A stretch of DNA of 64,000 nt from Trueperaceae bacterium (GTDB lineage Bacteria; Deinococcota; Deinococci; Deinococcales; Trueperaceae), in contig JAXHNB010000001.1 in NCBI GenBank assembly GCA_034520945.1, positions 288,001 to 352,000 of the forward strand, read 5' to 3'. Both the position numbers and the translations under genes were made by a program. Below the pieces are notes generated by a model. The model had not been told where the DNA came from and searched no databases. It saw only the letters and a program-made list of their open reading frames with translations. Each line of letters opens with the position of its first letter. Position 1 is the first letter of the stretch. Of the stretch, positions 51,956 to 62,580 are shown piece after piece.

Positions 51956-53854
51956 GTGCTGACCTTCGCCGCGCCGGCGTTCCTGTGGGCGCTCCTGGCG
52001 CTCGGGGCCGTGGTGTTGTTGCACCGCGTCCGTGCGCGCCGCCCGCGCCGCGAGGTCGCCGGCCTGTTCCTGTGGCGGCGCGCCCGCGAGGCCGGTGCCC
52101 GCCGCCCCAGGTTCCGCACCGGCCTCCTGTTGGTCCTTCAGTTGTTGGCGGTCACCGCGTTGGCGTTGGCATTGGCCCGTCCCCTGTGGGGCACCACGGG
52201 CCCCGGCGCCGTGGTGGTGGTGTTGGACGGAAGCGCCAGCATGCGGGCGCGTGACGGGGCCGGTGCGCCCGCGGCGGCGGCGTTCCCGGACCTCGCGCCC
52301 GGCACCACGCGGGTGGAGGTGGCGCGCCGCGTCGCCGAGGCGGTGAGCGCCGAGGCCGGCCGGGTGGCGCTGGTGCGGGCGGGTCGCACCGCACGCGTGC
52401 TGCTGCCCCCCAGCGAGGACCCCGAGGCGATCGCCGCCGCGCTGGCCTCGTTTCGCGCGGGCGACGCGAACAGCGACGCCGAGCGCGCGCTGGTGCTCGC
52501 CCGCGACCTCGCCGCCAGGGGCGGGGCCGCCGGCGCGCCCGCCCCCATCCACTGGATCGGCGACGCGCCGCCCCCCGCGAGCGCCGGGGTGCGGGTCCAC
52601 GCCGTGGCGGGACGCGGCGAGAACGTCGGCATCACCGGCTTCGAACGCGTCGCGCAGCAGGCATGGGTGCGGCTCTCGTCGACGGCCGCTCGGCCGCTCG
52701 AGGTGCCCCTGCGCGTCCTGCGTGGCGACACGGAGGTCGCCCGCAGCACCGTGGTGGTGCCCGCGCGGGGCGACACCTCGCTCACCTTTCCCGTCGGCGG
52801 GGGCGGCGGCGCGATCGAGGCGCGCATCACGCCACCAGCCGGCGACGCGCTGGCCCTCGACGACGTCGCCTTCGCGGGGGCGCCCGAGGTCCGCGTCGCC
52901 CTCGAGCGCGACTTCGGCGCGCTGCTGCGCGCCCTGGACGCGATCGACGACGTTCGGACCACGATCGGGCCCGTCGCGCGGACGGGCACGTTCGACCTGC
53001 GCTTCTTGGTCGACGACACCCCGGCCGGGGACGGCGACGCGGCCGAATCGGGCGGCGACGACGGGGGCGCGTCGAGCCTTCCCGGCGGCGCCGTGGTGGT
53101 GTTCCCGCCGCGCGACGCCGACGCCGTCGCGGCCGAGGTCACCGATTGGGACGCCGCCGATCCCGCCCTGCGTTTCGTGGACCTGAGCGAGCTGGTGGTG
53201 GCGCTGGCCTGGCCGCCGCCGCTCGAGGAGACGTCCGAGGGGACGACGCTGGTGCACGGGGTGCCCCAGCTCGACCGCGCCCCCGGCGGGCGCGGCGAAG
53301 GGGCGGCGGAGGACCCAGGCGCGGCGCGCGAGGACGCCGAGGCGCCGCAGGCGGCGGTGTTGCTTCGGCGGATCGCACGCCCCGCCGGCCCGGTGTGGCG
53401 CTTCGCGTTCCACCCGGTCCGCGGCGACCTCACCCTGCGGCCCGCCTTCCCGACGCTGGTGGCGAACCTGGTCGACCAGGTTCGCGAAGGGGCCCGCGTG
53501 CCGTTGGGTGCGCGCCTGCCGGCGGGGGCGACGCGGGACGGCGATCCGGTCGAGGTGGCCGATCGTCCGGGGCTGTACCGGGTGGAGGGCCGCACGGTGC
53601 ACGCCAGCCTGCGCAGCGAGGAGGAGACGCGGCTGCCCGGACCCGACGCATTCAAGCCGGACGCGTCGGCCGGCGCCTCGCAGGACGCGTTGCAGGACGA
53701 AGGCGGAAGCGCCCCGCCGGCCGGCGAGGGGGCGGCCTCGAGGCCGCTGTGGTCGCTGTTGGCGGGTGCGGCCCTGCTGCTGCTCGTGGGCGAGTGGTGG
53801 GCCTTCTCGGGCATGGGCCCCGCGTGGCCGCCGTGGCGGCGCCGGAGCGGCTGA
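51956..53854 (+). CDS. BatA N-terminal/vWA-domain membrane protein
   Basis: BatA-like double-TM N-terminus (LLHR...ALALARP), DGSASM MIDAS-like motif and a C-terminal TM with EW. Confidence 0.8.
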   Translation: MLTFAAPAFLWALLALGAVVLLHRVRARRPRREVAGLFLWRRAREAGARRPRFRTGLLLVLQLLAVTALALALARPLWGTTGPGAVVVVLDGSASMRARDGAGAPAAAAFPDLAPGTTRVEVARRVAEAVSAEAGRVALVRAGRTARVLLPPSEDPEAIAAALASFRAGDANSDAERALVLARDLAARGGAAGAPAPIHWIGDAPPPASAGVRVHAVAGRGENVGITGFERVAQQAWVRLSSTAARPLEVPLRVLRGDTEVARSTVVVPARGDTSLTFPVGGGGGAIEARITPPAGDALALDDVAFAGAPEVRVALERDFGALLRALDAIDDVRTTIGPVARTGTFDLRFLVDDTPAGDGDAAESGGDDGGASSLPGGAVVVFPPRDADAVAAEVTDWDAADPALRFVDLSELVVALAWPPPLEETSEGTTLVHGVPQLDRAPGGRGEGAAEDPGAAREDAEAPQAAVLLRRIARPAGPVWRFAFHPVRGDLTLRPAFPTLVANLVDQVREGARVPLGARLPAGATRDGDPVEVADRPGLYRVEGRTVHASLRSEEETRLPGPDAFKPDASAGASQDALQDEGGSAPPAGEGAASRPLWSLLAGAALLLLVGEWWAFSGMGPAWPPWRRRSG

Positions 53855-53885
53855 GACCTCGCGCCGGTTGATAGGCTGACCATGA

Positions 53886-54947
53886 ATGGTGCGGTCCGAT
53901 CCCAGTCTGCCGGTCCTGGTCCTGCTGTTGCTCGGCGGGGGCCTCCTGACGTTGTCCAGCGCCGCGCCGGGCGGCGAGTTCATGCGTCAGCTGACCTTCC
54001 TGGGCGTGTCGGCAATGATCGTGGCGGTGGTGCTCTGGGTCGGCAAGCGCCGCATCCTGCGGCTGGTGCCGCACCTGTACGTCCTGTCGCTGACGCTGCT
54101 GGTCGCGGTTCAGGCGTTCGGGACCCGCGTCAACGGCGCCAAGTCGTGGCTGTACGTCGGGCCGTTGCCCGGGTTCCAGCCCTCCGAGCTGGCCAAGATC
54201 GCGCTGATCCTGGCGCTGGCGATGGCGTTGCACGACCGGCCCATCCGCGGCCTGCGCGGGTACCTGGCGCCGTTGGCGTTGATGTTGCCGCCGTTCGCGC
54301 TGGTGCTCATCGAGCCGGACCTAGGCGGCGCGCTGGTGATCGCCGCGATCGGTGCGGCCATGCTGCTGATGCGCGGCCTGCCGTGGCGGCACCTGGCGGC
54401 GTTCGCGCTGGTGTTCGCGGTGGCGGTGCCGACGGTGGTATGGCCCAACCTGGCCCCGCACCAGCGGGAGCGCATGGTGTCGTTCATGCACCCTGGGGAG
54501 GATCCGTTGGGGTCGGGCTACCAGGTGATCCAGTCGACCATCGCGATCGGTTCGGGCGGGCTGACCGGCAAGGGGTGGGGGCAGGGTACGCAGTCGCAGC
54601 TGGGCTTCATCCCCTACCGTCAGACCGACTTCATCTTCTCGGTCCTGGCCGAGGAGGGCGGCTTCGTGGCGGCGGCGACGCTGCTGGTGTTGTACGGCCT
54701 GTTGTTCTGGCGGCTGGTCTCGATGGCGGGCGAGTGCCCCTTCGAGCGCGATCAGTTCGTGATCCTGGGGGTGCTGACCCTGATCGGCGTTCAGGTGCTG
54801 ATCAACGTCGGGGTGGCGCTCGGCATGGCGCCCGTCACCGGGCTCACCCTGCCGCTGGTGTCGTACGGGGGCAGCAGCCTGGTGACGACGCTGACGGCGT
54901 TGGCGTTGGCGTTCGTGGTGCACCGGGACCGGTACGCCCACGCGTGA
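53886..54947 (+). CDS. rodA: SEDS peptidoglycan polymerase RodA
   Basis: Contains GAKSW, FQPSELAK, EPDLG, GYQVIQS.IAIGSGG, TDFIF and LPLVSYGGSS. Confidence 0.92.
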   Translation: MVRSDPSLPVLVLLLLGGGLLTLSSAAPGGEFMRQLTFLGVSAMIVAVVLWVGKRRILRLVPHLYVLSLTLLVAVQAFGTRVNGAKSWLYVGPLPGFQPSELAKIALILALAMALHDRPIRGLRGYLAPLALMLPPFALVLIEPDLGGALVIAAIGAAMLLMRGLPWRHLAAFALVFAVAVPTVVWPNLAPHQRERMVSFMHPGEDPLGSGYQVIQSTIAIGSGGLTGKGWGQGTQSQLGFIPYRQTDFIFSVLAEEGGFVAAATLLVLYGLLFWRLVSMAGECPFERDQFVILGVLTLIGVQVLINVGVALGMAPVTGLTLPLVSYGGSSLVTTLTALALAFVVHRDRYAHA

Positions 54948-54985
54948 GGGGCCGGCGCCGGGCCGGTCGCGGGTAGGATGGTGGC

Positions 54986-55510
54986 ATGAGGACGAGGGGC
55001 ATCCTGCTCACCGTCGCGGTCGCGCTGGGCGTGGCGTTCGCGGCCGCCAACTGGGGCACGCTGACCGCCAATCTGCCCGTGAACCTGCTGGTTCTGCGGC
55101 TCGAGGTGCCCGTCGGCCTGATCCTGCTGATCGCGACGCTGGTGCTCACGGCGGTGTTCTTCTTGGGCGCGTTGTTCGACCGCGCCGCGCAGCTGCGGGA
55201 GTTGGGTCGCTTGGAGCGGCGGGTGGACAAGCTCCGCGCTCAGCTGGATCAGCGTCGCCTGGAGGAGATCCGCGAGGTGCACGACGCCGTGCAGGCCTGG
55301 GGCGCGTCGCTGGAGAAGCGCGTGGACGAGCGTGTGGGCGAGGCGGAGGCGTCGCTGAGGAGCGCCATCGCGGACGCGGAGATGCGCCAGAAGAAGCGGG
55401 CGTCGTCGCTGGAGGAGCGCGTCCTGACCGTCCGCAACGAGATCGCTGCGGACGTCGGCGAGGCCGAGGATCAGCTGCGCCGCATGCTGGACCGGTCGCT
55501 CGAGGAGTGA
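54986..55510 (+). CDS. LapA/DUF1049-like membrane protein with coiled-coil tail
   Basis: TM-FAAAN...VP-TM architecture followed by a charged helical region. Confidence 0.65.
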   Translation: MRTRGILLTVAVALGVAFAAANWGTLTANLPVNLLVLRLEVPVGLILLIATLVLTAVFFLGALFDRAAQLRELGRLERRVDKLRAQLDQRRLEEIREVHDAVQAWGASLEKRVDERVGEAEASLRSAIADAEMRQKKRASSLEERVLTVRNEIAADVGEAEDQLRRMLDRSLEE

Positions 55511-55603
55511 CGCGCGCCGGACCCGGGCCCGCGTCACGGCCCCGAGGGGCGTCGCGCAAGACCGGCGACGGTGCCGGTGCGCGCGGTCTGCTAGGTTGCG
55601 GCC

Positions 55604-55960
55604 ATGAGTGATGACGCCGATTCCGCCACGCAGCCGCTGGATACCGAGGCTCTCAGGGAACAGGTGCTCGAGGCGTTGAAGGTCGTCCGCGACCCGGAGA
55701 TCCCCGTCAACGTCGTCGATCTGGGCCTGATCTACAACGTCGACGTGTCCGAGGACGGCAAGGTCGACATCGACATGACGTTGACCAGCATGGGCTGTCC
55801 GGTGCAGGACATGATCCAGGCCGACGCCGAGTTGGCGGCGATGAAGGTCGAAGGCGTCCGCCGCGTCGATGTCGAGTTCGTGTGGTCCCCGCCGTGGAGC
55901 ATGGACAAGATGACCGACGACGGCAAGAAGCACATGCGGATGTTCGGCTTCAACATCTGA
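55604..55960 (+). CDS. SufT/DUF59 Fe-S cluster assembly factor
   Basis: Contains DPEIPVNVVDLGLIY, TLTSMGCP and PPW. Confidence 0.9.
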   Translation: MSDDADSATQPLDTEALREQVLEALKVVRDPEIPVNVVDLGLIYNVDVSEDGKVDIDMTLTSMGCPVQDMIQADAELAAMKVEGVRRVDVEFVWSPPWSMDKMTDDGKKHMRMFGFNI

Positions 55961-56032
55961 TAGGGACGCGCGCCGCGCGCCGATGAGGCGTTTTCGGCGT
56001 CCGGCCGTGCCGCTGCGCGGTAGCGTGTCGGC

Positions 56033-56707
56033 GTGTTCTTCAAGCGGCGTTCGAAGGAGGACCCTCGCGACGCGGCGTGGGCGGCGTTGGCCCAGCGGCT
56101 GGAGATGACGCGATTGCCGGAGCGGGCGGAGGAGGAGCTTCGCGCCGAGCTGGCGGTGGACACCGGCCGCGTGGCGGCGCTTCACGCGCTGCGGCGGCCT
56201 GGACAACCGGAGTTGCTGATGTTCGAGCACGCCCGCGGCCGACGGCGCTTCCGGGGCGAGGAACGCCGGGCGCGGGTCCTGCTTCGTGACGAAGAGGCGG
56301 TCTCGGGGGTGGCGTGGCGGGCGTTTCCACGCTCCCACCCGTTGATCACCTCGTTGCAGACCAGCCGTAGCGGCGGCACCCTGATCGAGACCGGGGACGA
56401 AGACTTCGACGCGCAGGTGGGCGTGCTGACCCGCGAGCCGGAGGCCTGCCGCGCGCAGGTGACCCGGCCCGTCCGCGTCGCCCTGCGACGCCTGCTGGTC
56501 GGCGACGAGCCGGCGGGCGACGCCGCGGACGCAGCCTCGCCTTCGGGCGGCGCCCCGCCCGCCGGCAACGACGCCAGCGTCACCTGCGGGGGGCGCCACC
56601 TCGCCTGGCGGGCGCGGCGGGAGCTGGACCCTCCCTTCGACGAGTTGGAGTGGGTCGCGGTGCGGATGCTGGGCCTGTGGGCGGCGCTGGTGCCCGACCG
56701 CGCCTGA
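56033..56707 (+). CDS. Hypothetical protein
   Basis: 224 aa ORF with a TAGCGT box 6 nt upstream of its GTG. Confidence 0.6.
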   Translation: MFFKRRSKEDPRDAAWAALAQRLEMTRLPERAEEELRAELAVDTGRVAALHALRRPGQPELLMFEHARGRRRFRGEERRARVLLRDEEAVSGVAWRAFPRSHPLITSLQTSRSGGTLIETGDEDFDAQVGVLTREPEACRAQVTRPVRVALRRLLVGDEPAGDAADAASPSGGAPPAGNDASVTCGGRHLAWRARRELDPPFDELEWVAVRMLGLWAALVPDRA

Positions 56708-56726
56708 TCCTGCCGCGCCCTCGGCG

Positions 56727-57185
56727 TCAGCCACGGTGGTAGGGGTGTCCAGCGCGAATCGTCTCGATCCGGTACAGCTGTTCGAGGAGCACCAGGCGGG
56801 CCAGTTCGTGCGGCAGCGTCAGTTCGGACAGCCGCCACACCTCGTCGGCGCGCCGCCGCACCTCCGGGTCCAGGCCGTCTGCGCCGCCGATCAGGATCGT
56901 CAGGCGCGACGTTCCGCGCAGTTCCAGTTCGGCCACGTGCCGCGCCAGCGCTTCGGTGCGCCACGCCCGTCCCCGCTCGTCCAGGGCCACGAGGCGTCCG
57001 TCGGCCCGCCGGAGGAGGCCGTCGCCTTCGCGGGCGCGCCCCGTGGCCGCGTCCGGGCCCCGGTCGGCGCGGGTCTCGATCACCTCGACCGGGGCGAGGG
57101 GGGTCAGGCGCTCCTGGTAGTGCCGGCAGCCGCTGCGGGCGTACCCGCGGCGGAGCGCGCCGACCGCGACGATGCGGTAGCGCAT
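56727..57185 (-). CDS. rlmH: 23S rRNA m3Psi1915 methyltransferase
   Basis: Contains LDERG, IGGADG, TLPHELARLVLLEQLYR and HPYH. Confidence 0.93.
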   Translation of the reverse strand: MRYRIVAVGALRRGYARSGCRHYQERLTPLAPVEVIETRADRGPDAATGRAREGDGLLRRADGRLVALDERGRAWRTEALARHVAELELRGTSRLTILIGGADGLDPEVRRRADEVWRLSELTLPHELARLVLLEQLYRIETIRAGHPYHRG

Positions 57186-57244
57186 TCAGGGCGCCGCGCG
57201 GCGCAGCGGCCGGGTCGCGGCCGGGCGGGCGCGCCGCGCCTTCG

Positions 57245-58102
57245 TCACGCCTCGTCGTCCAGCCCGAGCTTGCCGAGCAGCTCGCGCCGGCGGCTCTTGC
57301 GCAGGCCGGAGGCGTCCAACGCCTCGCGGAGTCGGGAGGCGTCCAGGGCTTCGCGCAGCAGCGCAAGTTCGCTTCCGGACAACCGCCGGGCGTGCAGCAC
57401 GTGCTCGTCGAAGGCGGTCATGGCCACCGGCGCCACCGCCCGGGCGCAGCGCGCCAGCGCCTCGCCGTAGGCGCGAATCTCGTGCTGGGCGTGATCGTCC
57501 ATGCGCAGGCGCAGGAAGTGCATCAGGTTGTGCAGGTCGATCTGCCAGTACATCTCGGTGTACAGCGACAGCGGCAGCCGCACGCGCGCCAACTCGCGGG
57601 CGACGCCGTCGTGCAGCATCGCCTCGTAGTCGGCGTAGGCGTGCTCGGCCCCCTCGCGCAGCCGGGCCAGGGTGCGCGCCTGCACGTCGTGCGGCAGGGC
57701 GTCGTCGGCGCGGCCCTGCTTGTCGTGCCGGGACTGCGAACGGACCTGTTCCGGGTCGGGCAGGTAGAACTCCTCGGGCAGGACCGAGTAGCGGCCGCTG
57801 ACCTCGTTGGCGCGGGCGGTGCGGTGCCGCATCCACTGGCGCGCCACGAAGATCGGCATTTTGAGGTGGAAGGTGAGCACGACCTGCTCGAAGGGGCTGG
57901 TGTGTTGGTGACGGAGCAGGTAGTCGATCAGCGCGGCGTCCTCGCGGACCGTTCGGGTGCCCTCGCCGTAGCTGACCCGCGCGGACTGCACGATGCGGGC
58001 GTCGCCGCCCAGGTAGTCGACCAGGCGCACGAAGCCGTGATCGAGCACGTTCAGGCGGGTGCCGAGGAGGGCGTCGGCTTCGGGAACGGAAGGGCGGTCC
58101 AT
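57245..58102 (-). CDS. thyX: Flavin-dependent thymidylate synthase
   Basis: Contains ARVSY, HTSPFE, RQWMRHR...SGRY and HAQHEIR. Confidence 0.95.
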   Translation of the reverse strand: MDRPSVPEADALLGTRLNVLDHGFVRLVDYLGGDARIVQSARVSYGEGTRTVREDAALIDYLLRHQHTSPFEQVVLTFHLKMPIFVARQWMRHRTARANEVSGRYSVLPEEFYLPDPEQVRSQSRHDKQGRADDALPHDVQARTLARLREGAEHAYADYEAMLHDGVARELARVRLPLSLYTEMYWQIDLHNLMHFLRLRMDDHAQHEIRAYGEALARCARAVAPVAMTAFDEHVLHARRLSGSELALLREALDASRLREALDASGLRKSRRRELLGKLGLDDEA

Positions 58103-58280
58103 GACCCGGCCATGGTAGCCCGGTCCCGCCCGAGGGCGGGCGTGCCGCCTGGCGGCCCGGGCGATCCGCGTCGCGTCCGCCGACGCGCCCGGTGAAAACT
58201 CTGTGAGTGAGGCCCTTCACAAGTGCCCTCTGAATCGTGTGGGACGATGCGAAGTAGTTCTCATCCGTGCTTCACCTGAA

Positions 58281-58309
58281 TTGACATGACCCCCCCGCTG
58301 TGGAATACT
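58281..58309 (+). promoter_or_regulatory. Putative strong promoter of slpA
   Basis: Perfect TTGACA, 17-nt spacer and TG-n-AATACT, about 200 nt upstream of the ATG. Confidence 0.6.
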
Positions 58310-58515
58310 CATCCTGGATTTGTCTGCCCGCAGGGCTGCATCGAAAGGGGGTGCAACCACTTGAACCGGTTCTGCGGAAGGGCGCTCGAATCCCGATGGG
58401 GGGCGACGCGACGTCGTGCACCGTGCCGGCGAGGAAACTCGGACACTCCCGGCCCCGCCTCCAAACGCGAGACACCCCATCGTTCGACATCAATTCAGTT
58501 CAAGGGGACCCACAC

Positions 58516-61422
58516 ATGAAGAAGTTGCTCATCACCATTCTGGCCGCCGTGTTGGCCAGCGGTGCCTTCGCTCAGCAGAGCTTCCCGGACGTTCCGGAAG
58601 GCCACTGGGCGGCGAACGCCGTTGCCGACATTGCGGACCTGAACATCGTCATCGGCTTCCCCGACGGAACCTTCCGTGGGAACGAAGCCTTCACCCGCTA
58701 TCAGGCCGCCCTCGTGATCAGCCGTCTGTTGGGCGTGATCAACGACAACATCGACGCCGCGCAGGCCATGACGCAGGAGGACCTCGAGTCCCTCCGCAAC
58801 GCGGTCCAGGAACTGTCCTCGGACCTCGCGGCGCAGGACGTGCGCCTGTCCTCGGCCGAAAGCGCCATTGCCGGCCTTTCCGACGATGTGGGCGCCAACC
58901 AGGCCCGCATCGACGAGCTCGCCTCGCTCATCGAGGACCTTCAGGCCCGCGAGCCTCAGGTCGACCCCGAGGTCCTGAACGACCTCCAGAACCAGCTCGC
59001 CTCCTTGCGCGTCGCCGTCGATACGGCACAGGCCACGGCCGACCAGGCCCTGGAACGCGCCGACGCGGCGTCCGGTCGCGCCGATGAGGCCGCCGCCGCT
59101 GCCGCCGATGCGCACACGCGCGCCAACGAGGCGTACGGTCGTGCCGGTCGGGCGCTCCGCAGCGCCGACAACGCGCAGGAGACGGCCGACGAGGCCCTCA
59201 GCCGCGCCAACGCCGCCGGCAGCGCGGCCGGCGACAACGCCTCCGAGATCGCCGCGCTGAACGATCTGGTTCAGCGGCTCCGCGATCAGATCGCCGCCCT
59301 CGAAGGCATGGACGTCGGCCCGGATCAAAGCCTCCTGGACCGCGTGGCCGCCAACGAGAGCGACATCGCCAACATCCGCGAGTTCGTGATCCTGCTTCGC
59401 CGCGACCAGGTCGCCCTGCGCGACCGCGTCTCCGCCCTCGAGGCCAGCGACGAGCAGCAGAGCGCCGACATCGCCGACCTGCAGGAGCGCGTCACCGCGC
59501 TGGAAGACAACCCGCTGCAGATCTCCGGCACGATCGAGCTCGACTACTTCGTCGGCCGCCCCGGTGGTGACGGTCAAGAGTTCGACATCGACCGCGCCTT
59601 CGGCGTCGGCTTCGAGCGCAGCATGGGCCAGTCCACCTTCAGCTCCGGCACCGACGAAGAGGCGAACACCGCCGGTGACGACGACGAGGTCGACGAGCCC
59701 AACGAGTACGCCGAGGATCGTGCCGACATCTCGTACGGCAGCGACTTCGACGCCAGCCTGACCATCAACCTGGGCGCCGGCAGCGTGTTCGACGGCGAAG
59801 GCAGCCCGCGCGGCCTGAACAGCTTCGAAGCCGTGGTCGAGTTGTCCGTCGACGAAACCGACATCCCGATTTTCGAGGATGACGACGGCAACCTTACCGT
59901 GTCGGGCTACACGTTCCGGGTGGACAGCTTCACCAGCACCTTCGACCCCATCGGCGCCGAGCCGATCACCTTCGCCTTCGGCGACGAGGTCACCGGCTTC
60001 ACCACGCCCTACACCCTCAACCGCGAGGACGTGGGCTTCACGGCCTCCGTCGGCGCGCCCGACTTCCTGGCGTTCCTCGATCCCAGTGTGCACGTCGCCT
60101 ACCTGACGAACGACTACGACGATGGCGCCCCCGGGTTCGTCGCGACGGGCGGTCGCTTGAGCGTGTCGCCGCTGGATGGCGTGACGCTGGGCGGCACCTA
60201 CGTGCGCAACGCCGACAACACCGCGGATTACGCGGACGAGCTCGGCGACAACCTGAACGACACCATCTTCGGTGTCGACGGGCAGGTCGCGCTCGGCCCC
60301 GTGTCGATCGCAGCCGAGTACGCCAACGCCGATGCCAACAACGGCGGCTACCAGGACGAGGTCCTGTTCGCCACCGCGGACGCCAGCTTCGACATCCTCG
60401 GCGGCGTGGAGTTCGGCGCCAACTACCGCGACATCGCGATGGGTTGGGAGCAGAACGTCGGCACGGGCGTGGATGCGCCGGGCGAGCCGCAGCTCACCGA
60501 CGCGGACGACTACCCGTTCGCGGAAGACCAGGTGGGCTTCGGCGTGAATGCTGGCCTCGGCCTGTTCATCTTCGACGTCAACGCGTTCTTCGACACCTAC
60601 GAAGTGAATGCGGGCGACGAAGTGACCGCCTTCGGGGCGGATGCCAGCGCTGAGCTGTTCCGCGGCTTCAGCCTGACCGGCTTCTACGAGCAGGTGAGCG
60701 TGAACGGCACTGCGGCGGACGACAACCACGACCAGTTCACGTTGGACCGCGACACCGAGTACGACACCGGCTTCGGTGTCGGCCTGGTGCACGACGGCGC
60801 CGCGGACAACGCGCTGATCTCGAACCTGAACCTCGAGTTCGCCTACGAGCGTTTCGAGGAGGACTTCAGTGAGACCCGCATCTTCGCCGCCGCCGACTAC
60901 GAACTGAGCGTCTCCATCGTGTCGCTGACCCCGTACGTGTCGTTCGAGTCCGAACAGGATGACGACGCCAACACGGATGACACCCAGGAGATCAAGGTCG
61001 GCACCGGCCTCTCCACCGAACCGCTCGACGTGTACCTGCGTCCCAGCCTCGATGCCGCGGTGAACTACCGCACCAACGAGCACACGGACATGGCGGTCTA
61101 CACCGCCGAGCAGCTGCAGTGGTCGGTCGGCCTCAACCTGAACGAGTTCCTGCTGCCGTACAGCAGCCTTAGCGCCCGCTACGGCTCCTACAGCGGCACG
61201 AACATCGACGACTCCCTGCTGGGCACCGACGCCGCCACGGACATCTCCGAAGGCGACGAGAACAACGGCCTGACCAGCACCGTCAGCGGCTTCGAGGTCG
61301 AGTGGGACTATTACGACCTCGTGTTCAGCTACGGCATCTTCGATCACGATCCGGACACCTCGGTCGGCAACGACGCGTCGACGGCCCAAGCGTTCGGCGT
61401 CAGCTACACGGTCGCGTTCTGA
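58516..61422 (+). CDS. slpA: SlpA-type S-layer/outer-membrane protein (SLH + coiled coil + beta-barrel)
   Basis: Signal peptide AFA-Q, SLH motif FPDVPEGHWA...GFPDGTFRG...TRYQ, a long heptad region, alternating beta-strands and a terminal YTVAF. Confidence 0.88.
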   Translation: MKKLLITILAAVLASGAFAQQSFPDVPEGHWAANAVADIADLNIVIGFPDGTFRGNEAFTRYQAALVISRLLGVINDNIDAAQAMTQEDLESLRNAVQELSSDLAAQDVRLSSAESAIAGLSDDVGANQARIDELASLIEDLQAREPQVDPEVLNDLQNQLASLRVAVDTAQATADQALERADAASGRADEAAAAAADAHTRANEAYGRAGRALRSADNAQETADEALSRANAAGSAAGDNASEIAALNDLVQRLRDQIAALEGMDVGPDQSLLDRVAANESDIANIREFVILLRRDQVALRDRVSALEASDEQQSADIADLQERVTALEDNPLQISGTIELDYFVGRPGGDGQEFDIDRAFGVGFERSMGQSTFSSGTDEEANTAGDDDEVDEPNEYAEDRADISYGSDFDASLTINLGAGSVFDGEGSPRGLNSFEAVVELSVDETDIPIFEDDDGNLTVSGYTFRVDSFTSTFDPIGAEPITFAFGDEVTGFTTPYTLNREDVGFTASVGAPDFLAFLDPSVHVAYLTNDYDDGAPGFVATGGRLSVSPLDGVTLGGTYVRNADNTADYADELGDNLNDTIFGVDGQVALGPVSIAAEYANADANNGGYQDEVLFATADASFDILGGVEFGANYRDIAMGWEQNVGTGVDAPGEPQLTDADDYPFAEDQVGFGVNAGLGLFIFDVNAFFDTYEVNAGDEVTAFGADASAELFRGFSLTGFYEQVSVNGTAADDNHDQFTLDRDTEYDTGFGVGLVHDGAADNALISNLNLEFAYERFEEDFSETRIFAAADYELSVSIVSLTPYVSFESEQDDDANTDDTQEIKVGTGLSTEPLDVYLRPSLDAAVNYRTNEHTDMAVYTAEQLQWSVGLNLNEFLLPYSSLSARYGSYSGTNIDDSLLGTDAATDISEGDENNGLTSTVSGFEVEWDYYDLVFSYGIFDHDPDTSVGNDASTAQAFGVSYTVAF

Positions 61423-61461
61423 CCCCTAGCTGACCAACGGCGCGCACCACGCGCCGAAGCG

Positions 61462-61494
61462 AGGAGGGCCCCGCCAGCGAGCGGGGCCCTCCTT
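61462..61494. terminator. Hairpin between convergent slpA and lipid kinase genes
   Basis: 13-bp perfect stem AGGAGGGCCCCGC/GCGGGGCCCTCCT with a 6-nt loop; only a short T tail. Confidence 0.7.
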
Positions 61495-61564
61495 CATGGG
61501 TGCACCCGGCCGGACGGGGCGTGTCCAGGGGAAGGCGCGGGGGCAGGCGGCGCGCGGCGTGACG

Positions 61565-62437
61565 TTAGGGCGCCAGGACGCGAAGCGACTCGGGGCGTAC
61601 GCCGAGCTCGAACAGGCGTGCCGGGGGATAGCATTCGCCGTCCAGATGCACCGCCCGGGGCGTCGCCCAGCGAAGCGACAGCGCGGTGCCGCGGAGCCAC
61701 TGCACGCGCGGATGCGACAGGTGGCGCCCGACGAGGACGCGGGGGAGGAGGCCGATCGCGCCCGCGCGGCCCACCGCCCCGGCGATGAGGACGTCGAGAC
61801 GCCCGTCGTCGATGCGCGCCTCGGGGCAGAACCGGAACGAACCCCCCGTCCTGGGGCCGTTCTGGGTGGACACCAACAGGCTGGCCCCCTCGTAGACGAC
61901 GCGGCCGTCGAGGCGGACCTCGACGCGCGCCAGGCTCAGGTCCCGCAGGCTGGTGGCCACGGCCCACAGGTAGGCGGCGAAGCCCGCCAGGGGCGCCGGC
62001 GCGGCCGCCACCCGTCGGCCCACCTCGGCGTCGAAGCCGACGCCGGCGGCGTTCAGGAACGCATTCCCGTTGCAGACGCCGGTGTCGACGGTGCGGACGC
62101 GGCCCGCCGCGATCACGTCGACCGCGCGGGCCACGGCGTCGCGGGGGATCCCCAGGGCGTAGGCGAAGTCGTCGCCCGATCCGACCGGCACCACGCCGAG
62201 GACGCGCCCGGTGCCGATGCAGGCGCCGGCGACCTCGTGCGAGGTCCCGTCCCCCCCGACCGCGATCACGGTGGCGTCGGGCGGGAGGCCCGAAGCCAGC
62301 ACGCGGGCGTGGCCCGGTCCCTCGGTCGTCCAGACCGTGGACGCCACGCCGCGCGCCGCCAGCGCCTCGCGAAGGCGCTTTGCTATGTGGCGCGCCCGAC
62401 CGCGGCCGGCCACGGGATTGTGGATCAGGTGCAGCAT
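61565..62437 (-). CDS. Diacylglycerol/lipid kinase family (YegS/DgkB-like)
   Basis: Contains NPVAG, GGDGT, PVGSGDDFA and GVGFDA. Confidence 0.88.
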   Translation of the reverse strand: MLHLIHNPVAGRGRARHIAKRLREALAARGVASTVWTTEGPGHARVLASGLPPDATVIAVGGDGTSHEVAGACIGTGRVLGVVPVGSGDDFAYALGIPRDAVARAVDVIAAGRVRTVDTGVCNGNAFLNAAGVGFDAEVGRRVAAAPAPLAGFAAYLWAVATSLRDLSLARVEVRLDGRVVYEGASLLVSTQNGPRTGGSFRFCPEARIDDGRLDVLIAGAVGRAGAIGLLPRVLVGRHLSHPRVQWLRGTALSLRWATPRAVHLDGECYPPARLFELGVRPESLRVLAP

Positions 62438-62580
62438 GCGCGAGTCTATCGCGTGGCCGACGCGCGCAGGCCGCGTGGGACGCGGCCGTCGCAGCGGCGG
62501 CAGGCCCGCCGACGCATCGTGTTCGCGCCCGGCGGTACCCGGACGGGGCCCACGCGGGGGGGCGACGGTATGCTCGGGAC

